Shown: positions 1 through 13,038, counted from the first letter of the stretch. The stretch: DNA of 64,000 nt from Chiloscyllium plagiosum (GCF_004010195.1 NC_057717.1:105657927-105721926), one strand, 5' to 3'. The notes: generated from the sequence alone by a model not told the origin. Translations and numbers: made by a program.

Positions 1-139
1 GGTATATGAATAGGAAGGGTTTGGAGGGATATGGGCCGGGCGCTGGCAGGTGGGACTAGATTGGGTTGGGATATCTGGTCGGCATGGACGGGTTGGACCG
101 AAGGGTCTGTTTCCATGCTGTACATCTCTATGACTCTAT
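1..139 (+). mobile_element. CR1-type LINE 3' end
   Basis: Ends in short tandem tail (ctctatg/actctatg); near-identical to 34985-35122, which follows CR1 ORF2 C-terminal coding sequence. Confidence 0.85.
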
Positions 140-1080
140 GGTTGACAATCCTGGGAAGAGTGTCAAGTTCCTAGGAACGACGGGAATTTTGTCGGTGAGG
201 TATAGCGCGACTGGCAGCCCCTGTGGCTCTGGGATCCCAGGGGTGTTGAGGGGAACGGAAAGGAAGGACAATGGGTGTGAGTCGGGAACACGGGGGGCAG
301 CAGGGTTTGGGAAGTTTCTGGAAGGTAGAATTTGGGGGAGCAGTCGGAATGTTCAGGCCTGGAGGCGACAAGGCTGTGAGTGAGGGCTCCTGCAGCCGTT
401 GAGCTGTCGTGAGGTCTTGGTAAAATCTCCATCAATCAAAAACAAAACTTTTAAACGTCTTTTTTAAAAAAACTTCTGAATCCCTTCAAGGCTTTCCCTC
501 ACTCAGCGTCTGGCTGGGAGTTCAGCCTCACAGGAGTTAATGCTAATCGAAAGGAGGATTTAGCATTTTTTTTAAAATCCATGTTAATTCTGTCATTTTG
601 CTTGCGGATGAGTTACTTGGAAGGCTTTTGCAGTCATCTGTTCGCACGTTGGCAGTGCCAGGATTCACAGCTTGGTAGGCTTTGTTTAGATATAAAAATG
701 ATGAAGCCTAATTGGTAGGCCCGAGCTGAGCCATTGTCATGGCAACTTGGAACTGTCAGGGGGGATGGCGGAGGGATGTGCATCATGGGATTATTCAAAG
801 AAAGTGGAGGGCCCCTGTATTTTTTAGAGCGCCTTTCACTGCCTCGGTACACCCACGAAGCACTCAGGGCCAATGGGTGTCATGCTGTGGTGAGCATGTT
901 TCTGCACAGGCAGATCCCACAGGTGGAATTGACAAGAGAGGATCCATTTCCCCTCGGGTGTGATTGTGGGATGGTTCCCGGGTCTGAGACACTGGGGTAC
1001 GCCCCCTGTCTGGGGTAGGAGAGGACAGGGACGTTCAAGAGGTCTCTGATACAAGAACTACATCAGGAGTTAGTGGTGGC

Positions 1081-1150
1081 AGAGAGAGAGAGAGAGACAG
1101 AGAGAGAGAGAGAAGGGGGGAGAGAAAGACAGAGAGCGGGAGACAGAGAA
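1081..1150. repeat. (GA)n-rich microsatellite
   Basis: Direct reading of agagag tracts. Confidence 0.85.
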
Positions 1151-1245
1151 GCTTTGAGAGAGAATTCTCTAGCCCAGAGCCACCCCCAACCAACGCTCCC
1201 ACCGGTCACTTCCATTGCCCACCCCCTCCCAGCCCTGCCCCGGCA

Positions 1246-1362
1246 TACAGAGATAGGGAGGGGGTGTAGGGGCTGGAGGGGGTTACAGAGATAGGGAGAG
1301 GGTGTAGGGGCTGGAGGGGGTTACAGAGATAGCGAGGGGGTGTAGGAGCTGGAGGAGATTAG
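1246..1362. repeat. ~38-bp G-rich tandem repeat, ~3 copies
   Basis: tacagagatagggagggggtgtaggggctggagggggt repeated with variants. Confidence 0.8.
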
Positions 1363-2155
1363 AGGTTGGGAGGCGCAGTGGTAGGGAACGTGAGAAGGAT
1401 GCCTTTCTGAATGTGGTTTAGTGCTGGTTTCGGGAATTGATGGGTTCGGGAGACGATGAAGATGGAATGAAGAGGATACGGGCTGAAATACAAGAGGCAG
1501 TATCCTAGCCCACTGGGGAGGGTGGTGAGGTGCCAGACCCCAGAATCCCTGAACTTGAATTCATTTTTTTAACAAGTAAATCCTGGTGAGAAAATACCCT
1601 GGAAAATAAAGATAATCTAACCTCGGGGAGATTTCCGAAATACAAGGGGCACTAAACGTGTCCTTTTGATCTCCCCTCCTCCTGCCCCCCCAGCTCACTG
1701 TATTTTGGATTCTATTATTTGCGCTCAGAGAAGCCGACTGTCATCATGAACACTTTCCCAGCTCCAGTCCGTGGGACTGAGCCAGTTCATGACAGCGGAG
1801 CCTGGGACTGTGTGTTGTAAAGTCTAACGCAGGCAGAGACAGGGGGAGGCTGTAGCAGAGTTTGTGCAGCTTTAACCCCCAGGCAGACAGCGCAGAGAAG
1901 CAGCTCCTTACTGTACTGACACAGCCCCCAGACAGAGGCAATCTAATGTAACTGGCCTCTCCCAGTCACGTGATTGATGGTGGGCTGGGGTGGTTGGAGG
2001 ACGGGGAGAGAGACCCAGATACAGGCAGAGCTGCTGCCTGGGGCTGTCTCGATGGATGCTTGGATCAGTGAGAGAGACTCCCTGCTCCATTCCCTCCTCC
2101 CTCCCTCCCTCTCTCTCTCTCTCTCTCCACACACTGCAAGCCAGCTGGAGAGACC

Positions 2156-2176
2156 ATGGTGTGTGCACAAAGGAAG
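2156..2176 (+). CDS. putative first coding micro-exon (MVCAQRK) of an unidentified gene
   Basis: Strong Kozak gaccATGG after a CT-rich leader, then AAG|GTAATT donor; no homology recognised. Confidence 0.3.
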
Positions 2177-2550
2177 GTAATTGCATCGTTTCTTTGCTCT
2201 TGATTGTGATCAGGGTGAGGTTACAGGATGAGGGGAAGAGATGAATAATATCCATTCAGCTTCAGTTAACAATTCACCATCACATCCACATTACCAGCCC
2301 CTTCGGTTTGTTGCAGGTATTTGTTCAGCTGCCTCTGTGTGTCCCCCCACACCCCCTGGCCCCGTGCCCCAGGATACTGGTAAACACACAGGCTGTAGGA
2401 AACGGTAAGGTCTTTCATCAGAACGGGTCATGTGCCTGCATGAATCGAACAAGCATTCTTTACTCAGCCCATGGTCAGCGTTCTGCCTCTATCAGCTGTG
2501 CTCCAGTAAAGCCAGAGTGTTTACTGTTCACATTCTTATCACTTTACCCC

Positions 2551-3426
2551 NNNNNNNNNNNNNNNNNNNNNNNNNNNNNNNNNNNNNNNNNNNNNNNNNN
2601 NNNNNNNNNNNNNNNNNNNNNNNNNNNNNNNNNNNNNNNNNNNNNNNNNNNNNNNNNNNNNNNNNNNNNNNNNNNNNNNNNNNNNNNNNNNNNNNNNNNN
2701 NNNNNNNNNNNNNNNNNNNNNNNNNNNNNNNNNNNNNNNNNNNNNNNNNNNNNNNNNNNNNNNNNNNNNNNNNNNNNNNNNNNNNNNNNNNNNNNNNNNN
2801 NNNNNNNNNNNNNNNNNNNNNNNNNNNNNNNNNNNNNNNNNNNNNNNNNNNNNNNNNNNNNNNNNNNNNNNNNNNNNNNNNNNNNNNNNNNNNNNNNNNN
2901 NNNNNNNNNNNNNNNNNNNNNNNNNNNNNNNNNNNNNNNNNNNNNNNNNNNNNNNNNNNNNNNNNNNNNNNNNNNNNNNNNNNNNNNNNNNNNNNNNNNN
3001 NNNNNNNNNNNNNNNNNNNNNNNNNNNNNNNNNNNNNNNNNNNNNNNNNNNNNNNNNNNNNNNNNNNNNNNNNNNNNNNNNNNNNNNNNNNNNNNNNNNN
3101 NNNNNNNNNNNNNNNNNNNNNNNNNNNNNNNNNNNNNNNNNNNNNNNNNNNNNNNNNNNNNNNNNNNNNNNNNNNNNNNNNNNNNNNNNNNNNNNNNNNN
3201 NNNNNNNNNNNNNNNNNNNNNNNNNNNNNNNNNNNNNNNNNNNNNNNNNNNNNNNNNNNNNNNNNNNNNNNNNNNNNNNNNNNNNNNNNNNNNNNNNNNN
3301 NNNNNNNNNNNNNNNNNNNNNNNNNNNNNNNNNNNNNNNNNNNNNNNNNNNNNNNNNNNNNNNNNNNNNNNNNNNNNNNNNNNNNNNNNNNNNNNNNNNN
3401 NNNNNNNNNNNNNNNNNNNNNNNNNN
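2551..3426. other. assembly gap (876 N)
   Basis: N run. Confidence 1.
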
Positions 3427-6409
3427 GAGTCAGTGCCGTGTTGGTGTGGCGCGGTGAGTCAGTGCCGTGTTGGTGTGGCGCGGTGAGTCGGTGCCGTGTT
3501 GGTGTGGCGCGGTGAGTCGCTGCCGTGTTGGTGTGGCACAGTGAGTTGGTGCCTTGTTGGTGTACACGGTGAGTTCGTGCCGTGTTGGTGTGGCACGGTG
3601 AGTTCGTGCCATGTTGGTGTGGCACGGTGAGTCAGTGCCGTGTTGACGCAGTGAGTCTGGGCTGTGTTGGTGTGGCACGGTGAGTTGGTGCCGTGTTGGA
3701 GTACACGGTGATGTTCGTGCCGTGTTGGTGTGGCACAGTGAGTTGGTGCCGTGTTGGTGTGGCTCGGTGGCTCGGTGCCGTGTTGACGCAGTGAGTCTGG
3801 GCTGTGTTGGTGTGGCACAGTGAGTTGGTGCCGTGTTGGAGTACACGGTGAGTTCGTGCCGTGTTGGTGCACACGGTGAGTTCGTGCCGTGTTGGTGTGG
3901 CACGGTGAGTTCGTGCCGTGTTGGTGTGGCACGGTGAGTCAGTGCCGTGTTGGTGTGGCTCGGTGACTCGGTGCCATGTTGACGCGGTGAGTCTGGGCTG
4001 TGTTGGTGTGGCACAGTGAGTCGGTGCCGTGGCTCGGTGACTTGGTGCCGTGTTGACGCGGTGAGTCTGGGCTGTGTTGGTGCGGCACAGTGAGTCGGTG
4101 CTGTGTTGGTGTGATGCGGTGAGTTGGTGCTGTGTTGGTGTGGCGCAGTGAGTCGGGCGCGTGTTGGTTTGGCGCGGTGAGTCGGTGCCGTGTTGGTGTG
4201 ATGCGGTGAGTCGGTGCCGTGTTGGTGTGATGCAGTGAGTCGGTGCTGTGTTAGTGTGGCGCGGAGAATCGATGCCGTGTTGGTATGATGCGGTGAGTCC
4301 GTGCCGTGTTGGTATGATGCGGTGAGTCTGTGCCGTGTTGGTGTGGCGCGGTGAGTCGGTGCCGTGTTGGTGTGGCGCGGTGAGTCGGTGCCATGTTGGT
4401 GTGATGCAGTGAGTCGGTGCTGTGTTGGTGTGACGCGGAGAATCGGTGCCGTGTTGGTGTGACGCGGACAACCGATGCCGTGTTGGTGTGGCGCGGAGAA
4501 TCAATGCCGTGTTTGTGTGGCGAGGTGAGTCGGTGCCATGTTGGTATGGCGAGGTGAGTCGGTGCCGTGTTGGTGTGGTGCGGAGAAGCAATGCCATGTT
4601 GGTGTGGCGCAGTGAGTTGGTGCCGTGTTGGTATGGCGAGGTGAGTCGGTGCCGTGTTGGTGTGGCGAGGTGAGTCGGTGCTGTGTTGGTGTGGCGAGGT
4701 GAGTCGGTGCCGTGTTGGTGTGGCGCGGTGAGTCGGTGCTGTGTTGGTGGAACGCAGTGAGTAGGTGCAGCGTTGGTGTGGTGTTGTGAGACATTGCCGT
4801 GTTGGTGTGGCACGGTGAGTCGGGGCTGTGTTAGTGTCACTGGGTGAGTCAGGGCCGTGTTGGTGTGACACGGTGAGTCGGTGCTGTGTTGGTGGAACGC
4901 AGTGAGTCGGTGCTGTGTTGCTGTGGCGCGGTGAATCGGTGCAGCGTTGCTGTGGCGCGGTGAGTCGGGGCTGTGTTGGTGTAGCGCGGTGAGTCGGGGC
5001 CTTGTTGGTGTAGCGCGGTGTGTCGGGGCCGTGTTGGTGTGGCGGGATGAATCGGTACCGTGTTGGTGTGGCGCAGTGAGCCAGTGCTGTGTTAGTGTGG
5101 CGCGGTGAGCCGGTGCTGTATTCGTGTAGTGCGGTGAGTTGGGGCCGTGTTGGTGTGGCGGGGTGAGCCCGTGCTTTGTCGGTGTGGCGTGGTGAGCCGG
5201 TGCTGTGTTGGTGTGGCGCGGTTAGACGGTGCTGTGTTGGTGTGGCATGGTGAGCCAGTGCTGTATTGTTGTGGCGCGGTGAGCTGGTGCTGTGGCGTGG
5301 TGTTCCCGTGCTGTGTTGGTGTGGCGGGGTGAGCCCGTGCTGTGTTGGTGTGGCGTGGTGTTCCCGTGCTGTGTTGGTGTGGCGGGGTGAGCCCGTGCTG
5401 TGTTGGTGTGGCGTGGTGTTCCCGTGCTGTGTTGGTGTGGCGGGGTGAGCCCGTGCTGTGTTGGTGTGGCGTGGTGTTCCCGTGCTGTGTTGGTGTGGCG
5501 GGGTGAGCCCGTGCTGTGTTGGTGTGGCGTGGTGTTCCCGTGCTGTGTTGGTGTGGCGGGGTGAGCCCGTGCTGTGTTGGTGTGGCGTGGTGTTCCCGTG
5601 CTGTGTTGGTGTGGCGGGGTGAGCCCGTGCTGTGTTGGTGTGGCGTGGTGTTCCCGTGCTGTGTTGGTGTGGCGGGGTGAGCCCGTGCTGTGTTGGTGTG
5701 GCGTGGTGTTCCCGTGCTGTGTTGGTGTGGCGGGGTGAGCCCGTGCTGTGTTGGTGTGGCGTGGTGTTCCCGTGCTGTGTTGGTGTGGCGGGGTGAGCCC
5801 GTGCTGTGTTGGTGTGGCGTGGTGTTCCCGTGCTGTGTTGGTGTGGCGGGGTGAGCCCGTGCTGTGTTGGTGTGGCGTGGTGTTCCCGTGCTGTGTTGGT
5901 GTGGCGGGGTGAGCCCGTGCTGTGTTGGTGTGGCGTGGTGTTCCCGTGCTGTGTTGGTGTGGCGGGGTGAGCCCGTGCTGTGTTGGTGTGGCGTGGTGTT
6001 CCCGTGCTGTGTTGGTGTGGCGGGGTGAGCCCGTGCTGTGTTGGTGTGGCGTGGTGTTCCCGTGCTGTGTTGGTGTGGCGGGGTGAGCCCGTGCTGTGTT
6101 GGTGTGGCGTGGTGTTCCCGTGCTGTGTTGGTGTGGCGGGGTGAGCCCGTGCTGTGTTGGTGTGGCGTGGTGTTCCCGTGCTGTGTTGGTGTGGCGGGGT
6201 GAGCCCGTGCTGTGTTGGTGTGGCGTGGTGTTCCCGTGCTGTGTTGGTGTGGCGGGGTGAGCCCGTGCTGTGTTGGTGTGGCGTGGTGTTCCCGTGCTGT
6301 GTTGGTGTGGCGGGGTGAGCCCGTGCTGTGTTGGTGTGGCGTGGTGTTCCCATGCTGTGTTGGTGTGGCGCGGTGAGCCCGTGCTGTGTTGGTGTGGCGT
6401 GGTGTTCCC
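3427..6409. repeat. 29-bp GT-rich minisatellite array with 58-bp dimeric higher-order segment
   Basis: Unit gagtcagtgccgtgttggtgtggcgcggt; from ~5290 strict alternation of ...ggcggggtgagccc and ...ggcgtggtgttccc units; both ends run into gaps. Confidence 0.95.
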
Positions 6410-6909
6410 NNNNNNNNNNNNNNNNNNNNNNNNNNNNNNNNNNNNNNNNNNNNNNNNNNNNNNNNNNNNNNNNNNNNNNNNNNNNNNNNNNNNNNNNNNN
6501 NNNNNNNNNNNNNNNNNNNNNNNNNNNNNNNNNNNNNNNNNNNNNNNNNNNNNNNNNNNNNNNNNNNNNNNNNNNNNNNNNNNNNNNNNNNNNNNNNNNN
6601 NNNNNNNNNNNNNNNNNNNNNNNNNNNNNNNNNNNNNNNNNNNNNNNNNNNNNNNNNNNNNNNNNNNNNNNNNNNNNNNNNNNNNNNNNNNNNNNNNNNN
6701 NNNNNNNNNNNNNNNNNNNNNNNNNNNNNNNNNNNNNNNNNNNNNNNNNNNNNNNNNNNNNNNNNNNNNNNNNNNNNNNNNNNNNNNNNNNNNNNNNNNN
6801 NNNNNNNNNNNNNNNNNNNNNNNNNNNNNNNNNNNNNNNNNNNNNNNNNNNNNNNNNNNNNNNNNNNNNNNNNNNNNNNNNNNNNNNNNNNNNNNNNNNN
6901 NNNNNNNNN
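6410..6909. other. assembly gap (500 N, scaffolding-type)
   Basis: N run of round size. Confidence 1.
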
Positions 6910-6950
6910 GCTGTGAGGCAGCAGTACTAACCACTGAGCCACAGCTGCCA
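6910..6950 (-). mobile_element. 5' head of tRNA-derived (HE1-like) SINE, truncated by gap
   Basis: Reverse complement ggcagctgtggctcagtggttagtactgctgcctcacagc (Pol III A-box-like); matches head of 28020-28313. Confidence 0.7.
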
Positions 6951-6964
6951 TAATTCCTTTTGAA

Positions 6965-7500
6965 ATAGTCAGAATTACACAGCACAGAAACAGATCCTTT
7001 GGTCCAACTTGTCAATGCCTACTGGAATATCCTACATTAATCTAGTCCCATTTGCCAGCACTCAGCCCATTTCCCTCTAAATCCTTCCTATTCATATACC
7101 CATTCAAATATCTTTTGAATGTTGTAATTGTACAACCCTCCAGCACTTCCTCTGGCAGCTCATTCCATCTGTGCACCAGCTTCTGCATGAAAAAGTTGCC
7201 CCTTTTAAATTTTTCCCCCCTCACTCTAAAGCTATGCTCTGTAGTTCTGAACTCTGACCCCAGGGAAAAGACCTTGTCCACTTACCCTATCCATGCCCCT
7301 CAAGATTTTATAAACCTCTATAAGGTCACCCCCTCAGCCTAGAACGCTCCAGGGAAAACAGCCCCAGCCTGTTCAGCCTCTCCCTATAGCTCAAACCTTC
7401 CAACCCTGGCAACATCCTTGTAAATCTTTTCTGCACCCTTGCAGGTTCAGCAACATCCTTCTTAGAGCAGGGAGCCCAGAATTGAATGGAGTATTCGACA
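6965..7500 (-). mobile_element. CR1-type LINE 3' fragment
   Basis: Degenerate ORF2 C-terminus EYSIQFWAP..RVQKRFTRMLPGLEGLSYRERLNRLGLFSLE plus 3' UTR. Confidence 0.9.
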
Positions 7501-8069
7501 GGGCACACATCAGTTTTTGTCTCTGTAAATATAATTGAAATAATTGAATGTATTTGCGCGGTTGCATGTTTGTCTACATAAATATAATTGCTGTATTTCA
7601 ACACAATGACTGCAAGGTAAAGCTTTGAGGTATTTGAGGTGGGGCGGGGAGGTGTGGTGATGGTTCGTTGGTGTGCAAATGCTCCCCCCAGTGTCTCGGT
7701 GTGGAAGTACGCCGGCTGGTCCTGGGATACCCCATTGCAGAAGCTCTGACTGGGTTGAGTTAGCCCACCTGTTCATCTGGTGCGGGTGGGCCACTTTTTT
7801 TTTTCGTCTTTGTACTCCAGGTGAGGGGAGCTGGCGTCTAAACAACAAGTCATCCTGGATTCATGTCAAATTAACTCTCATTTTTTGGGTTGATGTATAT
7901 AGAATGGTGAATGAATAAGATATTCAAACCCCAGACAGTCCGTGTCTTCAGGGTAGGGATGGTGCATTGGGTAATGCTTCTCAATCAAGAGATTGGTCAG
8001 TGACCTTTGAGCAGGAATCTCACTGAAGCAGCATTTAGTTCCTGTTGTTTCTCTCTCTGACCAGAATGA

Positions 8070-8402
<333 letters not shown>

Positions 8403-8571
8403 TAATCGCTGTGATTTCCACATTCCTGGTGGCAGCTCTCTGATTGTCGCTGTTCCAATCTTTGTGGACATTGAAAGGGTGTTCTGCACATTCAGCTGCA
8501 AGTGGATAAGGTTACACTCTGCAGCACTTTACCATACCTCATCTACTCAAGATGTGGCTGCTGGAGGTGTA

Positions 8572-8723
8572 CAGAGGAACCTCGATTGTCCAAACGACAT
8601 GGGCGGGCTGTATTTTGTTTGGATAATCAAAAGCTGGAGAACACAGTTTAGCCAAGCATTGGAATCTTGTTCAGATAATCTGAAATTCAGATAATTGAAT
8701 GCTGGATAATCAAGGTTTCTCTG
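8572..8723. mobile_element. Tc1/mariner-pogo type MITE (short copy)
   Basis: TIRs CAGAGGAACCTCGATT...AATCAAGGTTTCTCTG flanked by TA; same family as 46155-46665 in opposite orientation. Confidence 0.75.
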
Positions 8724-8854
8724 TATTCTAAATTAAATCAATATCTATATGTAAATATGTCACACTAATAGCACCCACTCACCAGTGGTGATGCTACAAT
8801 GTCATCCAGAAGCTGAGAGAAGAGTGAAGGTTCATACCAGCTCAAGATCTCTGC

Positions 8855-9445
8855 TTGTTGTGGTTCTGTTCGCCGAGCTGGAAGTTTTTGTTGCAAACGT
8901 TTCGTCCCCTGGCTAGGCGCCATCATCAGTGCTTGGGAGCCTCCTGCGAAGCGCTTCTTTGATGTTTCCTCCGGTGTTTATAGTGGTCTGTCCCTGCCGC
9001 TTCCGGTTGTCAGTTTCAGCTGTCCGCTGTAGTGGTTGGTATATTGGGTCCAGGTCGATGTGTTTGTTGATGGAGTTTGTGGATGAATGCCATGACTCTA
9101 GGAATTCCCTGGCTGTTCTGTCTGGCTTGCCCTATGATAGGACTCATAACGCCACACAAACCAACAGCCACGCTCAGACAACAACTCACCAGAACGAAGG
9201 ACCCGATACCCAACATCAGCAAAACTAATGTAGTGTACAAAATCCCATGCAAGGACTGCACAAAACACTATATAGGACAAACAGGAAGACAGCTAACAAT
9301 CCGCAAACATGAACATCAACTCGCCACGAAACGACACAACCAGCTATCCTTATTAGCCACACACGCAGACAACAAGCAACATGAATTCGACTGGGACAAC
9401 TCTACTATCATAGGGCAAGCCAGACAGAGAACAGCCAGGGAATAT
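8855..9445. mobile_element. Penelope-like element (family A): inverted terminal segment plus GIY-YIG endonuclease fragment
   Basis: + strand ~9145-9445 reads NVVYKIPCKDCTKHYIGQTGRQLTIRKHEH (GIY-YIG); 8855-9140 is the element 3' end in reverse, with hammerhead motif. Confidence 0.9.
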
Positions 9446-10489
9446 ATCCTTTGATATCCAAATAAAAATTTGTCTATCTCCGATTTAAAATTAACAGTTG
9501 TACTAGCGTCAACTGCCATTTGTGGAAGAGAGTTCTCTACCTCCATGACCCCTTGCATGTGAGTGTGCTTTCTGTCATCTGTTCTGAGTGGCCTAATTCT
9601 TAGGCTGAGTCCCTGGTTCGAGGATCTTTAACCAATGGAAACTCCAGCAATGCGAATCAGAGAAGAGCAAGATCCAGAGTCAGGCTGTGCTGGGTTCGGT
9701 GGGCTCATGATCACATGGCACACGAGGAACCCACAAGCAGGATTTCTGCTCCTGGTCACCTCAGCTGGGAAGATTGCATAAATGTCTAGGTGTGATTCTT
9801 CTCAACTTGGTCAGCTTCCCTCCCACCACTGACGCAGTCAAATAGTTCCATTGTCTTCAGTTTGTGGTGTGTATGGTGTGTAACGGTACTCAGTGCCAAT
9901 GGAAGCAAGCTATGGCAATGATTCTGCAAAGGAGATGGCTGATATGGAAAAGAATAGAATAGTGTCTTTTATAAAGTAAAATATAGTGATAAGGGTTTAA
10001 CTCACTATACCAGATACCTCTATTAATAAAAGAAGGCAAAGATCAGAAAAAATTTTAAATTAAGACAAGGAGTTGTGATTGAGAGAGAGCTATTTGACCT
10101 CCTCTGCGCAGTGAACTGTTTCGACCTTTTTAATTATTATATTAAGACAGGGGCAGTCCTCCCTTCCATTCCCAATTGACTTTCTCCTCCTTAACACCTG
10201 CGTCCATATGGGATCCAGTTTCACGATTGTAGGCCTATAATGCCTCCCCAAAATGCTCTTTCTCTTAACAAAGCCTGGGCCTACAGATAGCTCAATATCC
10301 AAATATTCTACAACTAACTTCTCCATCAGGTAATCACGTGTGGAGGGTATCCTGGCTGTTAACTTAGTCCAGTCGTCAGCTCTGCCTGCCCTCCTGACGT
10401 GGTGGGTGTTTGACCTGGAATGAGCAGCTTGTCCACATTGGCTCTGTCAGGTTGGAATCTGTGTTAGCTGTGACCCATTTGGTATCACT

Positions 10490-10860
10490 GTGCTCTCTGG
10501 GTCAGACGTTTGGATTCCGTTCCCATGCTACATCTTGAGAACAAACCTCCATGTTGAGAGTCCAGTGTGGGACTGACGGAATAGTGCACTATCAGAGGCA
10601 GTGAAACCAAGGCTCCGTCTATGTTCTCTGGTGGATAAGAAAGATCCCATGACTATTTTGACAAAATATTGGAGGTCCTCTTGCTGTCTGATCAATATTT
10701 ACCCTTCAGTTAACGTGCACTGGAGCAAATGAACTGATTGTTATCCTGCTGCTAGTGGGGACTTGAAGTGCCTCCATAAGCTGCTGATTCTTACGTTCCA
10801 CTTGGAACGACATTTCCAAAATGCTTCATTTGCTGTAAAAGGGGTGATCATGAGAAAAGC
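10490..10860 (+). mobile_element. degenerate Deu-domain-like SINE
   Basis: Shares conserved blocks (ccagtg..gactga, gcact.tcagagg, aaagatcccatg.c.tatttt) with 33140-33420 and 58810-59160. Confidence 0.55.
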
Positions 10861-11989
10861 TACTTCAGTACAAAACTGTTTCAAAATCTACTTCAGTGAA
10901 AAAAACCCAAGCTCCCCTGTTGCCCATTTATTTCCCTGATAACTGATTGCTGGATCAACCCTCATTGCCCACCTCTGCTGTTCCCCAGCTCGGTCTGGTT
11001 TCTCCCGTTAGGAGGTGGCCAGAACTCCCATAGTGCAACAATGCCTTAATTTCATCGAGTACTGGAGCATCTTCTGAGAAAGAGCAAAGCCCAGTAGAAA
11101 TGCAGATCCTCTTTGCTGCACGTGAGATGGGATGTAACCCATGCACGTGAGATGGGATGTAACCCAGTAGAATGACTGTTATGTTTGTGCTGATGAAAAG
11201 CAGTGCCTGATTGGCCATGGCTCAGCACTGGCAGATTGACTTCTTCAACCAGGAAGAACTTCATGGTCAAATGCTTCACATTTTTGCACAGGAGTTCACT
11301 ACAGCATGTACCTGCCAGGGCTGAGGGGTTCGGCAGCAGAAATGACAATGTGCCAGGTTAAAACTTGCTGGGGAATATGTAAAACCAGCTCAGCCACCTG
11401 CTGAATGGATTAGCACAGATAGTTATAGTATCCTGACCAAACCTGGAGTGCTTACTGAGTGTTTGAGCTGCCCAGAGCCATTGATGTTGGGGAGAAGAAG
11501 GTTGCGGAGTATTTGGATATTGCGCTGTTTGTTCTGGCCCTACGCCAGCTGGCAAGAGTTAGGTAGCAATGGGTGAGGCCGATTCAATATTGGCGCCAGC
11601 TTCCGTGTTGGCCTGAACCTCCTGAAATCCAGCCCAACAAACATACCATGGAACTGGAGTAGGCCATTCGGCCCCTTAGAGGTTTGAGAGAACAGCCCCA
11701 GGTAATGCACCTTCTAAAACCAAGAAATTTGTCTTTAATTCTCTCCAGTCACCCCGTACCCAAAGCAGGAATGTAACCACATGGCTGGTCTTGCTGGTTT
11801 TGTTCTCAGATGGATTGGGATCTGCTCTCCTCTGGCACCCCCACACCAAAACCACGTCACCACCTCTTTCCCCCACCCCACACCAATTCCCCCCTTTCCT
11901 GAACCCTACCAATGTGAACCTACTCCACACTCCTCCCAATATTCTTTACCCCCTTCCCCCTCCACCTCTCCATGTCTCCTCCCTCCCTC

Positions 11990-12142
11990 NNNNNNNNNNN
12001 NNNNNNNNNNNNNNNNNNNNNNNNNNNNNNNNNNNNNNNNNNNNNNNNNNNNNNNNNNNNNNNNNNNNNNNNNNNNNNNNNNNNNNNNNNNNNNNNNNNN
12101 NNNNNNNNNNNNNNNNNNNNNNNNNNNNNNNNNNNNNNNNNN
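11990..12142. other. assembly gap (153 N)
   Basis: N run. Confidence 1.
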
Positions 12143-12380
12143 GTCCCCTCGACAGCTCCGTCTCCTCCCTCCCTCCCATGTCCCCTCGACAGCTCCGTCC
12201 CTCCCTCCCCCCCCACGTCCCCTCGACAGCTCCGTCTCCTCCCTCCCTCCCCACGTCCCCTCGACAGCTCCGTCTCCTCCCTCCCTCCCCACGTCCCCTC
12301 GACAGCTCCGTCTCCTCCCTCCCTCCCATGTCCCCTCGACAGCTCCGTCTCCTCCCTCCCTCCCCACGTCCCCTCGACAG
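12143..12380. repeat. 37-38-bp C-rich minisatellite (~6 copies visible)
   Basis: Unit gtcccctcgacagctccgtctcctccctccctccca(t/c). Confidence 0.92.
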
Positions 12381-12795
12381 TACTGTATGTGTTTGAACTC
12401 TTGTGCAATCCCAGTTTGTAATCGCTCTCCCCTTGATGTGTGCTGTGTGCTGCTGGGGCATTAAACAGCAAACTTCCCTTCCTCCTTGCTGCTTCCTTGA
12501 GGATGCTCCTTTGAACCTGCCTCTTTGCCCAAGTGTGTGGTCAGCTGTCCCAGTAACTGTCCCCAGTCGAGAGTCTGTGGATTGCTGGAGGCAATATCTG
12601 ACGATCCAAGTGCTGTGAGTCCGAGGCGTTGAGGGAGCCCTGAATTTGGGACAGAAACACAGCACAATGCAAACATGAAATACAGTAACTGAGAATCCAA
12701 GCGTGATATCAACCCTCTCTGTCCTGCTTCAGACTTACTGTTTGGCTGAGCGTTGAAAGTGAAATTTTGATTTGGGCAGTTTGCGGAAGCCCTGA

Positions 12796-13038
<243 letters not shown>

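Noticed and set aside
3427..6409. CRISPR-like array of 29-bp repeats
   Set aside because: Units are head-to-tail with no unique spacers; eukaryotic context, no cas genes
3430..7015. Long His/Thr/Pro-rich ORFs (up to 700 aa) on minus strand
   Set aside because: Translations of a stop-free 29-bp minisatellite, open in several frames; some span N gaps
7610..7645. KALRYL resembling the end of the missing ...ALSYL exon
   Set aside because: In-frame TGA just upstream, no GT donor at the required position, no GPLD motif
10090..10326. 78-aa minus-strand ORF, possibly an L1-like C-terminus
   Set aside because: No motif I can confirm; needs a profile search
11781..12665. Pro/Ser-rich and Gly/Arg/Glu-rich ORFs
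   Set aside because: Minisatellite translations crossing an N gap
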